Shown in pieces: positions 52,178 to 64,000 of a DNA stretch of 64,000 nt (positions are counted from its first letter, which is position 1; each line of letters opens with the position of its first letter). Below the pieces are notes generated by a model. It was not told the origin of the DNA. It searched no databases and was given only the letters and a program-made list of their open reading frames with translations. The stretch is from Octopus vulgaris (taxonomy: Eukaryota), in the NCBI GenBank assembly GCA_951406725.2, contig OX597815.1, forward strand, positions 119,474,001 through 119,538,000, written 5' to 3'. The position numbers and the translations under genes are program-made.

Positions 52178-54758
52178 TAAATGTTTATTAAGATTAGTAT
52201 ATGTTGAAACTAGAGACTTTAAAAAAAAAATTAGAGTAAACTAAGGGTGGCATTGGAACAAAAAAAATTACAGAGATAGTAAAAATTACATGCATTCAGC
52301 CAAATCCACATATGGAGATCCATTGTTTTAATCATTGAACTACTACCACCCTGGGGCACTGCCTTGAAGGATCTAGTCAAACAAATCAACCTAGTACTTA
52401 ATTTTTAAAAGTCTGATACTTATGCCAGCTTTTTGCTGAACCACTAAGTTACTGGAGATGTAAACTCAGGTACCGTGCACATATATGTACATATACACAC
52501 ACATATAATGTATTTCCAGCTTCTATCAAATTCAGTATTACAGCACTGATTGGCCCATGGCTAAAGCAGAAAACATATGCCAAGAATGCTGCACAGTGGA
52601 ACTGGATCATAAATCATAACCACACAGCCATGCCACACAGAGAATAAATGATGATGCTTACTTTAAAGGTAATGTCTTAATTAAAACATAAGAAATGAAC
52701 AGTGACAAATAGTGATTACTTAAGAATGCTGAGAAGAAATGGCTCATTTATGATCATATCACAAGTGAAGCTTCTGCATTATTTTTACCATTACTAGATG
52801 CTAATCCATTTAGGTATTTTCTCAATACTGTCACTTATTCTGAGTTCGAAGATTTAAATAAAACCAGATGATTCTTTGCTTCAAACCTTAAGGTCACATA
52901 CAAGAGTATCTATTAATTTTGCATTATAACAGACAATAAACAAAAATTTCAGATATATGGTTTCAAATGTGTCTCAAGAATTTATTATACTCAATTAAAA
53001 TTAGATTCATATGTTGTGTGTACATGCATGTATAAATGTTTATTTTACATTAGATCTTTTTTGTAAATATTTTTGTGTTTTTATAAAGCGATAAAGTGTT
53101 TGCACGTAAGTAGAATTGCTCAGCATATGTCGTCATGTTGTGCATTCTCTTTACTTCATAAAAGCAACTTAAAAAAAAAAAGGACAGGGAATCCTCTTGA
53201 TACGAAAATATGGGTGAGAAAATACATAAATCAGTACATTTATTCGGTTTAGGCACAATTTCTTTTCATATATTTACACATTTAGTATCCATTTTACAAG
53301 TTAACTGGATGTTCATTAAGTGTACAATTTTAAAGCTGTGCTAAGACAGTCCATGATTCATACCAAAGAATACAATAAGGTATGTCTATACTTTTGATGC
53401 ACAAACACTGGGTTACTTTGTTCTGGGTTTGCTATATCATTTTTTTCTGTCATTCTGTAATGAGTTTTATTGAATCCCATTTTTGCTACAAAATAAAAGA
53501 TCTAAATGATTGCAGACATTTGAAATTCTCATTCAGACTGTCACTCTATTACCATAGTCTGGGACAGCTATGTTATTTACACTTATTTTACACTCATTAC
53601 ATTGGGTTTTCTCAAGCAGATGCATTTACCAATAAAGCATCACAGATAATCATTATCGGCTGTCAAAAGAAAATCATCATGATGATTCTTTTACTTGTTT
53701 CAGTCATTTGACTGTGGACATACTGAGACATCATAGAATTTTAGTCAAACAAATTAACCCCACCCCGCACACATATTATGGGATTCTTTCAGTCTCCTAT
53801 AACCTTAGGCCAACTAATACCTTTCTAGTAAATTTGGTACATAGAGACAATGTGCACGTGAGCATGCACATGTGTGTATGTATGTGAATGGTTACATTCT
53901 GCATTCCTATGAAAAATCAGGGTGCTGCAGACAGTGCTGTCAGTTGTCACACCCCTGTCAACAAATCTTTCAAGCAAGGGAATTTTTCATTTCAAAGACA
54001 GGTAAGGCTCAGCTATGTCTGGAGAGTCAACTAATTGTGTGAAAGCCAGTTGTGTGTGTGTGTGTGTGTGCGTTTGCACTGCCACCACCACCACCATTTA
54101 GCTATCAGTGCTGGTTTGTTTATGTCCCATATAACTTAGCAGTTCAGCAAAAGTGACTAATAGAATAAGTACCAAACAGATTAAATAAGTACTGGGGCTC
54201 ATTTGTTCAACTAAACTCTTCAAGGTTATGATCCAGCATGGCCATAATTGAATGATTGAAACAAGAGATAAAAGTTAAATGTTAGGAAAGTATATAGTGT
54301 AGAGTGGGCTACCAGCTTAGATATTTTAAAAGATATAGCACGGTGGGCAGGTTGAACTGTTGCAGGCCTATGACAAGAAGGGATAAATGGAAAACAACTA
54401 GGGTGACAAAAGCATATTGAATCCTTGTGGAACTATGCAAAAAGAAGAAAAAAAAGGAGCAGTAGAAAAACAGAAATAAATGAGACACCTGTGCTCATTG
54501 CACACAATTACTCTTATTTAAGGAAGTTTATGTGGAGTTATGCCTTTCCTGGTTGTAGTGGATTTTAACAATTATTGAAAGATGTTTGATCCATTGATCA
54601 TTTGTAATAAAAAAAATAATAGGTTTTAACAATTATTCAAAAATATTCAAGTTTATCCTGTGTATATAAAACAAAACAACAACAAAAAACTATCACTTTT
54701 TGCTCTGGAAAACGCTTTTTTTTTTCTTTTTTTTTGAGGAGGAAAAAAAAATATCACT

Positions 54759-55462
54759 CTTTGATTCCCTTTGAAGCAACACTTTTTAATTCCCTTTGAA
54801 GCATAACATATGAACACATAACGTAACAAGCAGAATAATGTTATAGATTCTAATACTTCATTTGAACTGACATTAGATCTTCACTGTGGAAAACCACTTC
54901 AATACTGAAGCAGTGAACTGTCTTTTTTGCTTTGTCTCTAGAGAAGGCGAGTAGCCTGAACCTTTTCATTGATCTCTCTAGTATTAACATAACATAATAA
55001 AAATAAAATGCAGTGAATAAACAACACATTTCTTTAGATATTCAACTTAAAAAGATTATATACCCTCAAATAAGCCTATTGCAAGAAATCTTTGAAGTCA
55101 AGGAAACCATCTATTCCAAAAGTCCTTAAAAACATTTCAGACAAACTCTATTGGGGAAGAAACAGCATATATTCCTTTCACTTTGGGTAAACCATATGAA
55201 CATCATACAAAGATTACAAATTACTGGCAATTTCTGCGTCACTGGTTTAATGAAGCAAAACTGAAGTGCAACATCCACATCCTTATTATCAACGTCACTA
55301 TAAAATTTGTAATCACTGAAATTGACAACATAAGAATTTATGAATTTTTGTGAGAACCTGGAATAATTCTTTTTGTGGAACAGTGGATCTTGAAGCACAG
55401 AAAGCTATCAACATGTAAAATATTGGGTTGGAAAAAACCTTTTGGGATAGAAGAAATCAAAG
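54759..55462. promoter_or_regulatory. Candidate Wnt-responsive element: cluster of TCF/LEF (CTTTGAW) sites
   Basis: Sites at 54759-54765, 54769-54775, 54794-54800, 55090-55096 and 55456-55462 (reverse), in repeat-poor sequence 5' of the first CSRNP coding exon. Confidence 0.4.
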
Positions 55463-55566
55463 GAAACCCTTCAACATTTTTCTAGCCAATATTTCAACCT
55501 AATATTATGCTATTTTTTTAATAGCATTATGTACTTCAAAAGAAAAATAAAATTTAAACCATGTTT

Positions 55567-55619
<53 letters not shown>

Positions 55620-57897
55620 TACTGGGGGTGATAAATTGTCAGAAACTAAACACATCAGACTATTTTTTGTGATCTAGTGTCACTCATTTTTCGCTTTAAT
55701 TCCTACAGGAGGTGCTGTTATTTTTCATAAAATAAATACCAGTATGACACTGGGGCCATTTCTATTGGCTACCCATTCCCTCCTCTAATTAGTTATATGC
55801 CATAAGAGACTACCATCATCATCATCGTTTAACGTCCGCCTTCCATGCTAGCATGGGTGTTGAAAATGCTAACATAGCAGATAGCAGCCAAGTTTGGTGT
55901 GACCTAAAATAAACAAGAATTTAGGTCACCTAGTTTTATTTTGTATATATTATTATGCTTATTGTTAACTTTGTCTTGCACAGCAACATTATTTCATTCT
56001 CCAAAATGCGGTATTTGGATAATGAAACCGTTGAACCCCATGTCCACATGTTCAATCCATATCTAAGTGCTATATGCCAATTTGATTAGATGTACTCTTG
56101 ATCTAAGCAGTATCTCTCTTTTATAAAAGTATGTGACTGTCATTTACTAGTGATATCGACTGCTTTCATGGTTAGTAACCCTTTAACATTCAGATTACAC
56201 TATTAAATATAATACTTTTTTTTAAAATTCATATTGTATTGAATTAATTATGCATTATCTTTCAGGTTTTGATGATGTGATTGTTTTTATTTTTAGAATG
56301 AGAATGTAGGATAGACGAGAAGTCAAATCGGGCCAGTTTAAAATTGAATGAGGTAAAGTATTTGGGCCTAGTATGGTTGGTTTAAATACTAAATGGTTAA
56401 ACTACCACCTTCCAGTAATAACTCTAATTTTAGGCCAGTAGTTTTGAGGGGAGATGGCAAGTTGATGACATCAACTCCAGGATTTGATTGGTACTTTATT
56501 TTAACAGCCACGAAAGGATAAAAAGCAAAAGTTGACCTCAGTGTGATTTGAACTCAGAATGTAAAGAGCTCAAAGAAATGCCACTAAGTGTTTTCATACA
56601 AAAAGGTACTTGCAAGAGTTATTTCTTTTTAAACATTTATTACTTCCACAACTAGAAATGCATTTTGAGGGGCTGCAATTCAATTGTCAAAATGGGAACA
56701 AGTTGTGATACCTTCAGTGGTTCAATTACTTTAAATATAATAAAGAATTTAGTAAAATAACTTAAGCTAGTGTTAGGAACATAAATTGTGACTAAGGTTT
56801 GATGGGAGACTTTAATTCAAAACTTATGAAAACAAGACATTTGTACTCAGAGCCAGAGCCGGTTTCAGCTGGGTTGGTAACGAAAAGGTTAACATGGTAG
56901 TGATGTGGGCTGGGGGGAAGAGAGAGAAAATTAGTAAAGATAGCTAGATGAGAAATCCTATTCTAGATTATGAAAATTTAAGAAATCTTTATTGGAACTG
57001 CAATCTTAGTTTGAGGAACTCTTTAGCTTTAACATATGTAGTCCAACGGAATGGATCTCATTAAGTCAAAGGTACAAAAAAGACTAACTTATATACCATC
57101 ACAACCTTCAAGCCATTAATAATGATAATTTTCCTAAGCTGCAATGCAGCGGGATTGAACCCAAGATCACATGGTTGGGAAGTAAGCTTTTTAACCACAC
57201 AGACATGACTGCACATTACTACAATTCACTACACACACACCCTCTCCCAGTTACCCACATGAGGAAGAAAAATCCCTGCAAATGATGGCTGAAGTATGTC
57301 ACTCAACACAAATTCTGCTGCAATATTGAAAGCATAAGATTGAAAGGTGGACATTAATTACTATATAACAATATAGTGTGGGTTATTAATATGCAATATC
57401 AACCAATAGTGTTTTTCATAAGAGATACTGCAACTGGAAAGAGAAAGAGAAAGAATTATTTGTTGAATCTGGAGAAAGGGGCAGTGCCCTTAGGCTTCTC
57501 AGGGTATCCTTAATCAGCAAGATCAATGCCACAAATGTTCCTCGTGTAAGTCAATACCTGTTTGAAAAATAAGAGCAGGGAACTGATGTTCTGGGAAGGA
57601 AGGAGCAGAGGAAGTGTTGAATGCAGAACCTGGCCACAACGAGGGTAATACACACATACACTTGCATGCAGGTGGTTTAATTTCATTTTACAACCATGAG
57701 GCCCTTGGTTTGTTTAAGATGTCACAGAATGACATCTTAAACAAATTTCACTTTCTATAGCCTCAGGTTGACCCTTATCTATTGAGTGAAATTGGAACAA
57801 CGGAAACAGCAGATAAGCCTGTGGGGTGGATTGTACAATTGATCAAACAGCTGAATCCTTATTGTCAAATGACAAGGATACTCCACCCCATCACCAC

Positions 57898-57976
<79 letters not shown>

Positions 57977-60900
57977 CATATTTACATGCATGGATGTAGT
58001 TCCACCCTGGGCAAGCATCTGCTATAGTCCCAGGTCAAACAAGTGGGTCAGAAACTAAAGAAGCTTGTAGTGTGTTTGTATGTGTGTGCGCGCACGCACA
58101 TGCATGTATTTATTGTGCACCCTTGTCTAGACATCATTTGATGGTTATAAATGAGCGTTACCATTATACAAGCAATGTTTTTTTTTTTTTCTCTTTCTAG
58201 TTCTGCATGAAAATCATGCTTGACCATAGGGAAATATTACCATGCTTGGAAACACGAAAGGCATCCAACTGTAGAAATCTACCAGAACAAGTTACGTATG
58301 AACCATGCAAGAATGGGAAGGTGGATGTTTGATGGTGATGATGAGGAAATATCATAAGACTCAAATAAAAATTCAGAAATTTGAAGCTAACTGTTATATC
58401 ATTTTTAAAAATAGCTGATTATAACATTAAGTTGAAGACTGTATTGCAGTGTTAAATATACACACATAAATATATAATGGATGGTGAGAAAAACTATCTT
58501 TATGAAAAGATTCAGTTTTGCTTTTGGATTTTTATAAAATTCTTAAGAATTTTATTAGCTAGCAAGCTCTGAACATTAATTAAACTGGGTGCATTTTTAT
58601 TTTATTCTTTTTTTAATTTTTATTATTACTTTTGTAACTCTAGGTAAATTTGTAATTTGACACCATTTATATTCAACAAGCAAAGTATGTGCCAGACAAA
58701 GAGTTAATTTCAACAAAATAAGACAGTACAGGTTGGAGACAGACAGATACTGTAAGAGGACGGTACGCATGATGTTAAAACATGTTAAATAAATAAAAAT
58801 GAAATGGGGAAAAATAAAAATGCTGCATAAAAGAAATCAACTAGAAATATGTCAATGTTTTTCTAAGGAAAATAATAAAAAGAAATATGACAGAAAACAA
58901 AAACAAAAAAGATTAAAGTTTTTTTTTTTTTTCTAACTGTCCTACCCCACCACATTTCTACCTGCTCCAAGTCTGAAGTTGTATGTAGTTTAGTTCTAAT
59001 TAATTGTTAGACAGGTCTATGTGTCATTCACAGACTAAAAAGAGTGGATTGGGAAGGAGCTGCATTGCTGCTACTACTGCTGCTGCTGAGAAAAGAAGCC
59101 AACAGGGATAACACTCATTGGTTATTAATGCAATTAAAACATGAACTGCTGATGCAACAGTGACAATAACAAACAAGGAACACAAGAGCAGCAGCAACAA
59201 GAACATTGTGGTGGTGGTGCTGCTGCTGGTTGAGGCAGTGGTGGCTGAGAAAGTAATAAATTAAACAAATAGTGTCAAGGTGATGTTTACAGAGAGAAAC
59301 AAGGGAATGTGGGTGCACAAGGCTAAACATCAATCTCTTGTACTGTTAACACTGAGTGTTTAGGAAAATTATAAATAAATAATATTCTTTGGTAATTAAC
59401 AAGGTGACATTTTATTTGTTTATTGTTAGTCTGATTGAACTGGTAAAATGTGGCAGCAGAAAATGCAAGTTCAATTCCCAACTTGATTTATTTTTCTCCT
59501 CCTCCTTTCTCTGATTCATTGTCTGCCAGACAGATGATCTACATGAATGGATTGAGGTTTCTGCATATAATTGGCAGCATAGAATCAGTCTCCAGGATTA
59601 CACAACTATTCTATACTGCATTAGATTTTGCAATGCATTCAAAGTAGTTTTCTCTAGAGTGACAGAGCAAGTCTTATAACATTGTACATGGCTGATGGTT
59701 AAGTGGTTGGGAAATTTGATTTTGAACAACATGGTTTTGGGTTTAATTCCATGGCATAGTAACTTGGACAAGTGTCTTCTTAACCTCTAGTTTACCAAGG
59801 ACTTGAAAGTGAAATCTTGTTGATAGAAACTCTGTAGAAGCCCATAATGTGTGTGATGACATGGCCATGTGATTAAGGTAATGGACTCATGATCATAAAC
59901 TTATGGTTTCAATTCCTTGACTGTTAGTGTGTTGCATCCTTGAGCAAGTTATTTCATTTCATGTGACTCCAGTCAACTCAGCTGAAATGAGTACTGCTCT
60001 TGTGCTGGTACAATTTTTTCTCCCTCCAGCTGTCACATCCTGATTGTTCCACTGGGTCAAGAATGAAGACCAAGAGTGTTTATATCTGCTCATGACTATA
60101 CAGGCACCTAAAACATTTAGTGAAAGCATGAGACATGCTTCCAAGTCACCCTTGATTTTGAGCAACAGCCATGTAAGTTGTGTATGTGTGTTACCTTTAC
60201 ACTGGTACCATTTAAAGACAGTACTCTTTGTTTATGCCCCAGAAACAAGCAAAAAAGGAAAGCAGTAACAGTGTGTTTCAGAACATATGCAACTGGAAAA
60301 CAAATTTTCCAAATTCTAGCACATTCCATACGAAAGTAAAATGAAATATATTAAAAAATATATACATATAAAAAACCCTTAAACAAATAGGTGAATTAAT
60401 AGAGTGGTATTAATGTGCATTATACAGTGTTTGCTGCTAAAAATATTTAATGAACAGACACTTTTTAGTACAACAGAGGTTTGTTAGTTATTTGTTTCCA
60501 AGTTCAATACAAATACATTTACTTTGTTTTCAATGATAAATTTTCAACACTTCACAAGCACCTTTTTATAACTAAGCCTCTATCCTATCAGTGCCCCTCT
60601 GATTACTAAAGAATTTGACTATTGCTAATAGCAAGCCTTCAAAGCTACTGGTTGCTTCAGTACAAACAAAAGAGTGAATGAATCCCAGTTTGCTTAATTG
60701 TGGTCCTTGCATAAACTCAACATTAAATTCCTGCTCCTTTTTTTTTACATACTGGACATAACCATTTCTTTGATATCATAATTCTTAGAAGATTGCTAGT
60801 CATCAAGTTAGGCTTTGTGTTCAATTACTGTAATTTATTCTGAGGAACATTCAAAAGAACAGGGTTTACTCCAGATAAGACTTCTGGCATATTATAACTT

Positions 60901-61261
60901 TAAATTTCCTGATTCAATAAGATGTCAAACCACACATCTTAGGCAGATCTTACAAATGAGAAAAGTTCCACCTGAAATTCTAAATATCTCTTTTCTTACA
61001 AATATTCCATTTCTTCTCACATTGCAATACCAAAAGTAGAATATGGCATGGTTCTTAAGTCTGGTAGAGATAAATAAGTAATATTAAATAAGCTTAAGTT
61101 CTATGTTATTTTCCTACACTTTATACTAACATAGTATTTAGAACTTAGAGGCCCTTTTATTTCTGAATTTTCTCCTTTATTATCAATTTTGGGGGGAGGG
61201 GTGGTTTTAAGCAGACCTAGAAGAATGTTATCAACACTACTAAGAAACTAATGACTCTGTT

Positions 61262-61585
61262 TCATCATCATCATCATCATCGTTTAACATCCATTTTTCA
61301 TGCTAGCATGGGTTGGATGGTTTGACCGGGGTCTGGGAAGCCAGGAAGCTGCACCAGGCTCTAGACAGATCTGGTAGTGTTTCTACAGCTGGATGCTCTT
61401 CCTAACGCCAACCACTCTGTGAGTGTAGTGGTTGCTTTTTATGTGCCACCAGCACAGGGGCCCGAGGAGGCAGGCAATGGCCACAATTGGTTGGTGTTTT
61501 GGTGATTTTTACATGCCACCGGCACGGAAGCCAGTCAAGGTGGTGCTGGCATTGGCCACATTCAGATGGTGCTTTTTACATGCCT
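61262..61585 (-). mobile_element. RTE 3' end copy
   Basis: (CAT)n-cgtttaacatcc...catgggttgg...cctaacgccaaccactc. Confidence 0.8.
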
Positions 61586-62337
61586 GGGCTTCAGTTATGT
61601 TGGGGTTTGTCAAATAAATCAAGCCCATTATAATTTTTTGAAGCTTGGTATTTGTTCTATTAGTTTCTTTTTGCCAAACTGTCAAGTTACTGGGGCATAA
61701 ACAAACCAACACCAGCTGTCAAGCAGCAGAAGGGGACTAACACAAACATACATACACATATAAAATGATGAGCTTCTAGTTTCCACCTACCAAATTCATA
61801 AATCCACTCAAAATGCATTGGTCAGCCTGGGCTTATAGTAGAAGGTACTTGCCCAGTGGGAATGAACTCCAAACCATGTGATTGCAAAGTAAGCTTCTTA
61901 ACCACACAGCCAAAACCTCTAATTATTGGTTGTGTTCCTACAATTTTTCTTTCAGTGTGGTATTCAGGTTTAATACATAGATATTTATATATCTTCCCAT
62001 TTTGGAGAAACAAAAGATCTTTGTTTATCCTTCATTGTATTTCATATGTTGACAGATGGGTCAATCTGATTAAAGCTAACCCATGTCATAATGGGAAAAT
62101 ATTAAATGGAAATTGAAATAATAGTGATTTGAAGTTGAATATGGTGGTACTTTAGCTTGAAGTTTGTGCATTTAATCTTAGAATATGGAGAAGACAAAAG
62201 CACAATCATTTATCTTATAGGCTTTGATTGGAAATTACCAATTGTGTACTAAGTTTTGCTTATGTTCCACATAAATAAGCATACTATACAAGATGGGGGT
62301 ATATTAAATTGGCTAATTCAATAAGCATTCTATGAGT

Positions 62338-62387
<50 letters not shown>

Positions 62388-62812
62388 GAGTTATTCTAGC
62401 ATTTAGGACTTAGGCTATGCCCTTTATTTTTGCATTTCCTCTTTCATCAAGTTTTTAAAAAATTCTTTTATTGCTTTTATGCAGACCTAAGTTCAACACT
62501 ATGAATTTCCTAAACAGCTATTATTCCATTACAGAACATCTTTACCAATTTACATTCTACAAATCATGGGTATTCAAATATACGTTCAGCTAAACAACAT
62601 GAGGTTTCGAATCCAACACTCTGCTTTCAAAAATTGGATATGTCTGGTAAAGCAAAATTACTCACAAGAAAGTAAATAACTGAAATGTTGTTTTAAGAAA
62701 CAAAACATGATGAATGCTATCAGTCAATAGCAAATGGTAAGTTGCCAGATGTAGTAGTAACCTACTTTCCAACTTTGTTCGTTTTAGTCTGAGAGTGTGT
62801 GAGAGAGAATGA

Positions 62813-62864
<52 letters not shown>

Positions 62865-64000
62865 ACAATATCATCATCATCATCATCATTGCTGACAACA
62901 AAGATAATGACATCATAGATGGATGATGATAGCAGTTGCAAGGATACAGAGAGGACTAAAATGTCAAAAATGTCTTGTTAGGTCAAACATTAGCTTCTAT
63001 AGTCTTGTATAGTATATTTGCTGAAGAAGAATGCATAACTGTGCAGCATCACACACACACACACACACACAAGTGTATATGTATTTATGTATGCATATAT
63101 GTGAATAAATATATATATATATATGTATGTTATATGCATGCATATATACAAGCATACATATATCAAAGATAACGTTAAGGAACATAAAACAAAGCGTCAA
63201 GGTCTAAAATAACAATAAAAGAACAACAATAAAGAATAAGAGTGTGTGGAATGAGGACTAGAATCCAATTATATGAAGACTTAAAAATAAAACAATCAAG
63301 AAATAACTAATTTCTACATGCCTGCACAATGTATGCAGCTAGAATATCTCAAAATTACAACTGTCAAACAGAAGTCTGAGACAAATTATTTATTTTTATT
63401 TATTTTTTGACAAAACTTTTTAAACAAACAGATGTAAATATACATTTCAGCTCTCTCTTGTGCAGGTAGAAAAAAAACAAAACAATTTACCCCATTCTCC
63501 TTCCATCCAAATATTTTACAATGTTTAAATTAGTTGAATAGTAGTTAAAACTCAAACATTTAAGTTCTACAAATGGTTCCCTGTCCCTAAAATCTACCCA
63601 CTTAAACCCAAGAAGCAGATACTTCACTATTTTTCTTTCCTGTCAAAGGCGAGCTGACCATATATATATATATATACATAAAAGTTGCTATGTATTTATC
63701 AAGAAGAAGGGGGGTGATGTGTGCATATATATATATACATACATACATATACATACATCTACACCCACATATCAATTGATATATAAAACATATTTTATTG
63801 ATTTTCTGTTTAATTACTTAAAAGAGTGTCAGAAGGGGTCATATAAAATGCCATTCATATCAATATCAATAACAATTAGTTATAAACTTGGTTAACAGTA
63901 CACTGTTCTTCATTTCTGCTCAATTCTATGTAATCAAAGAGTCAAAACTGTTTGAATCTATCTCATAGATACAAGCTCAATCTTTTCTATGAGCAAAAAT

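Noticed and set aside
55126-55398. 90-aa minus-strand ORF and an overlapping ~85-codon plus-strand open frame
   Set aside because: No recognisable homology and no convincing splice sites or start context.

Overview
AT-rich, microsatellite- and SINE-dense animal genomic DNA. The repeat content resembles an octopod cephalopod (Octopus); this is an inference, not a database match. One protein-coding gene is supported: a minus-strand CSRNP/AXUD1-family transcription factor with three coding exons (44261-44108, 28786-28673, 26097-24215). The exons splice in phase 1 to a 716-aa protein; the non-coding first exon(s) and TSS were not located. The rest is intronic or intergenic DNA containing decayed non-LTR retrotransposons (R4/Dong-type RLE, an APE-type Jockey/I-like LINE, many RTE 3' ends), several tRNA-derived SINE families, TTAA-flanked piggyBac-like MITEs, a HINE/DINE-1-like element, a mariner fragment, a Penelope-like end, minisatellites and microsatellites. 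Best leads: (1) same-orientation SINE stacks nested in (AAT)n beside a Dong/R4 remnant, suggesting a microsatellite-targeting retroelement guild; (2) a tight TCF/LEF site cluster upstream of CSRNP; (3) a variant-core hammerhead motif in the sense strand of a CSRNP intron; (4) a CpG-retaining intronic island; (5) an 82-bp-arm hairpin whose loop is a deleted MITE. Repeat boundaries are approximate and read by eye.
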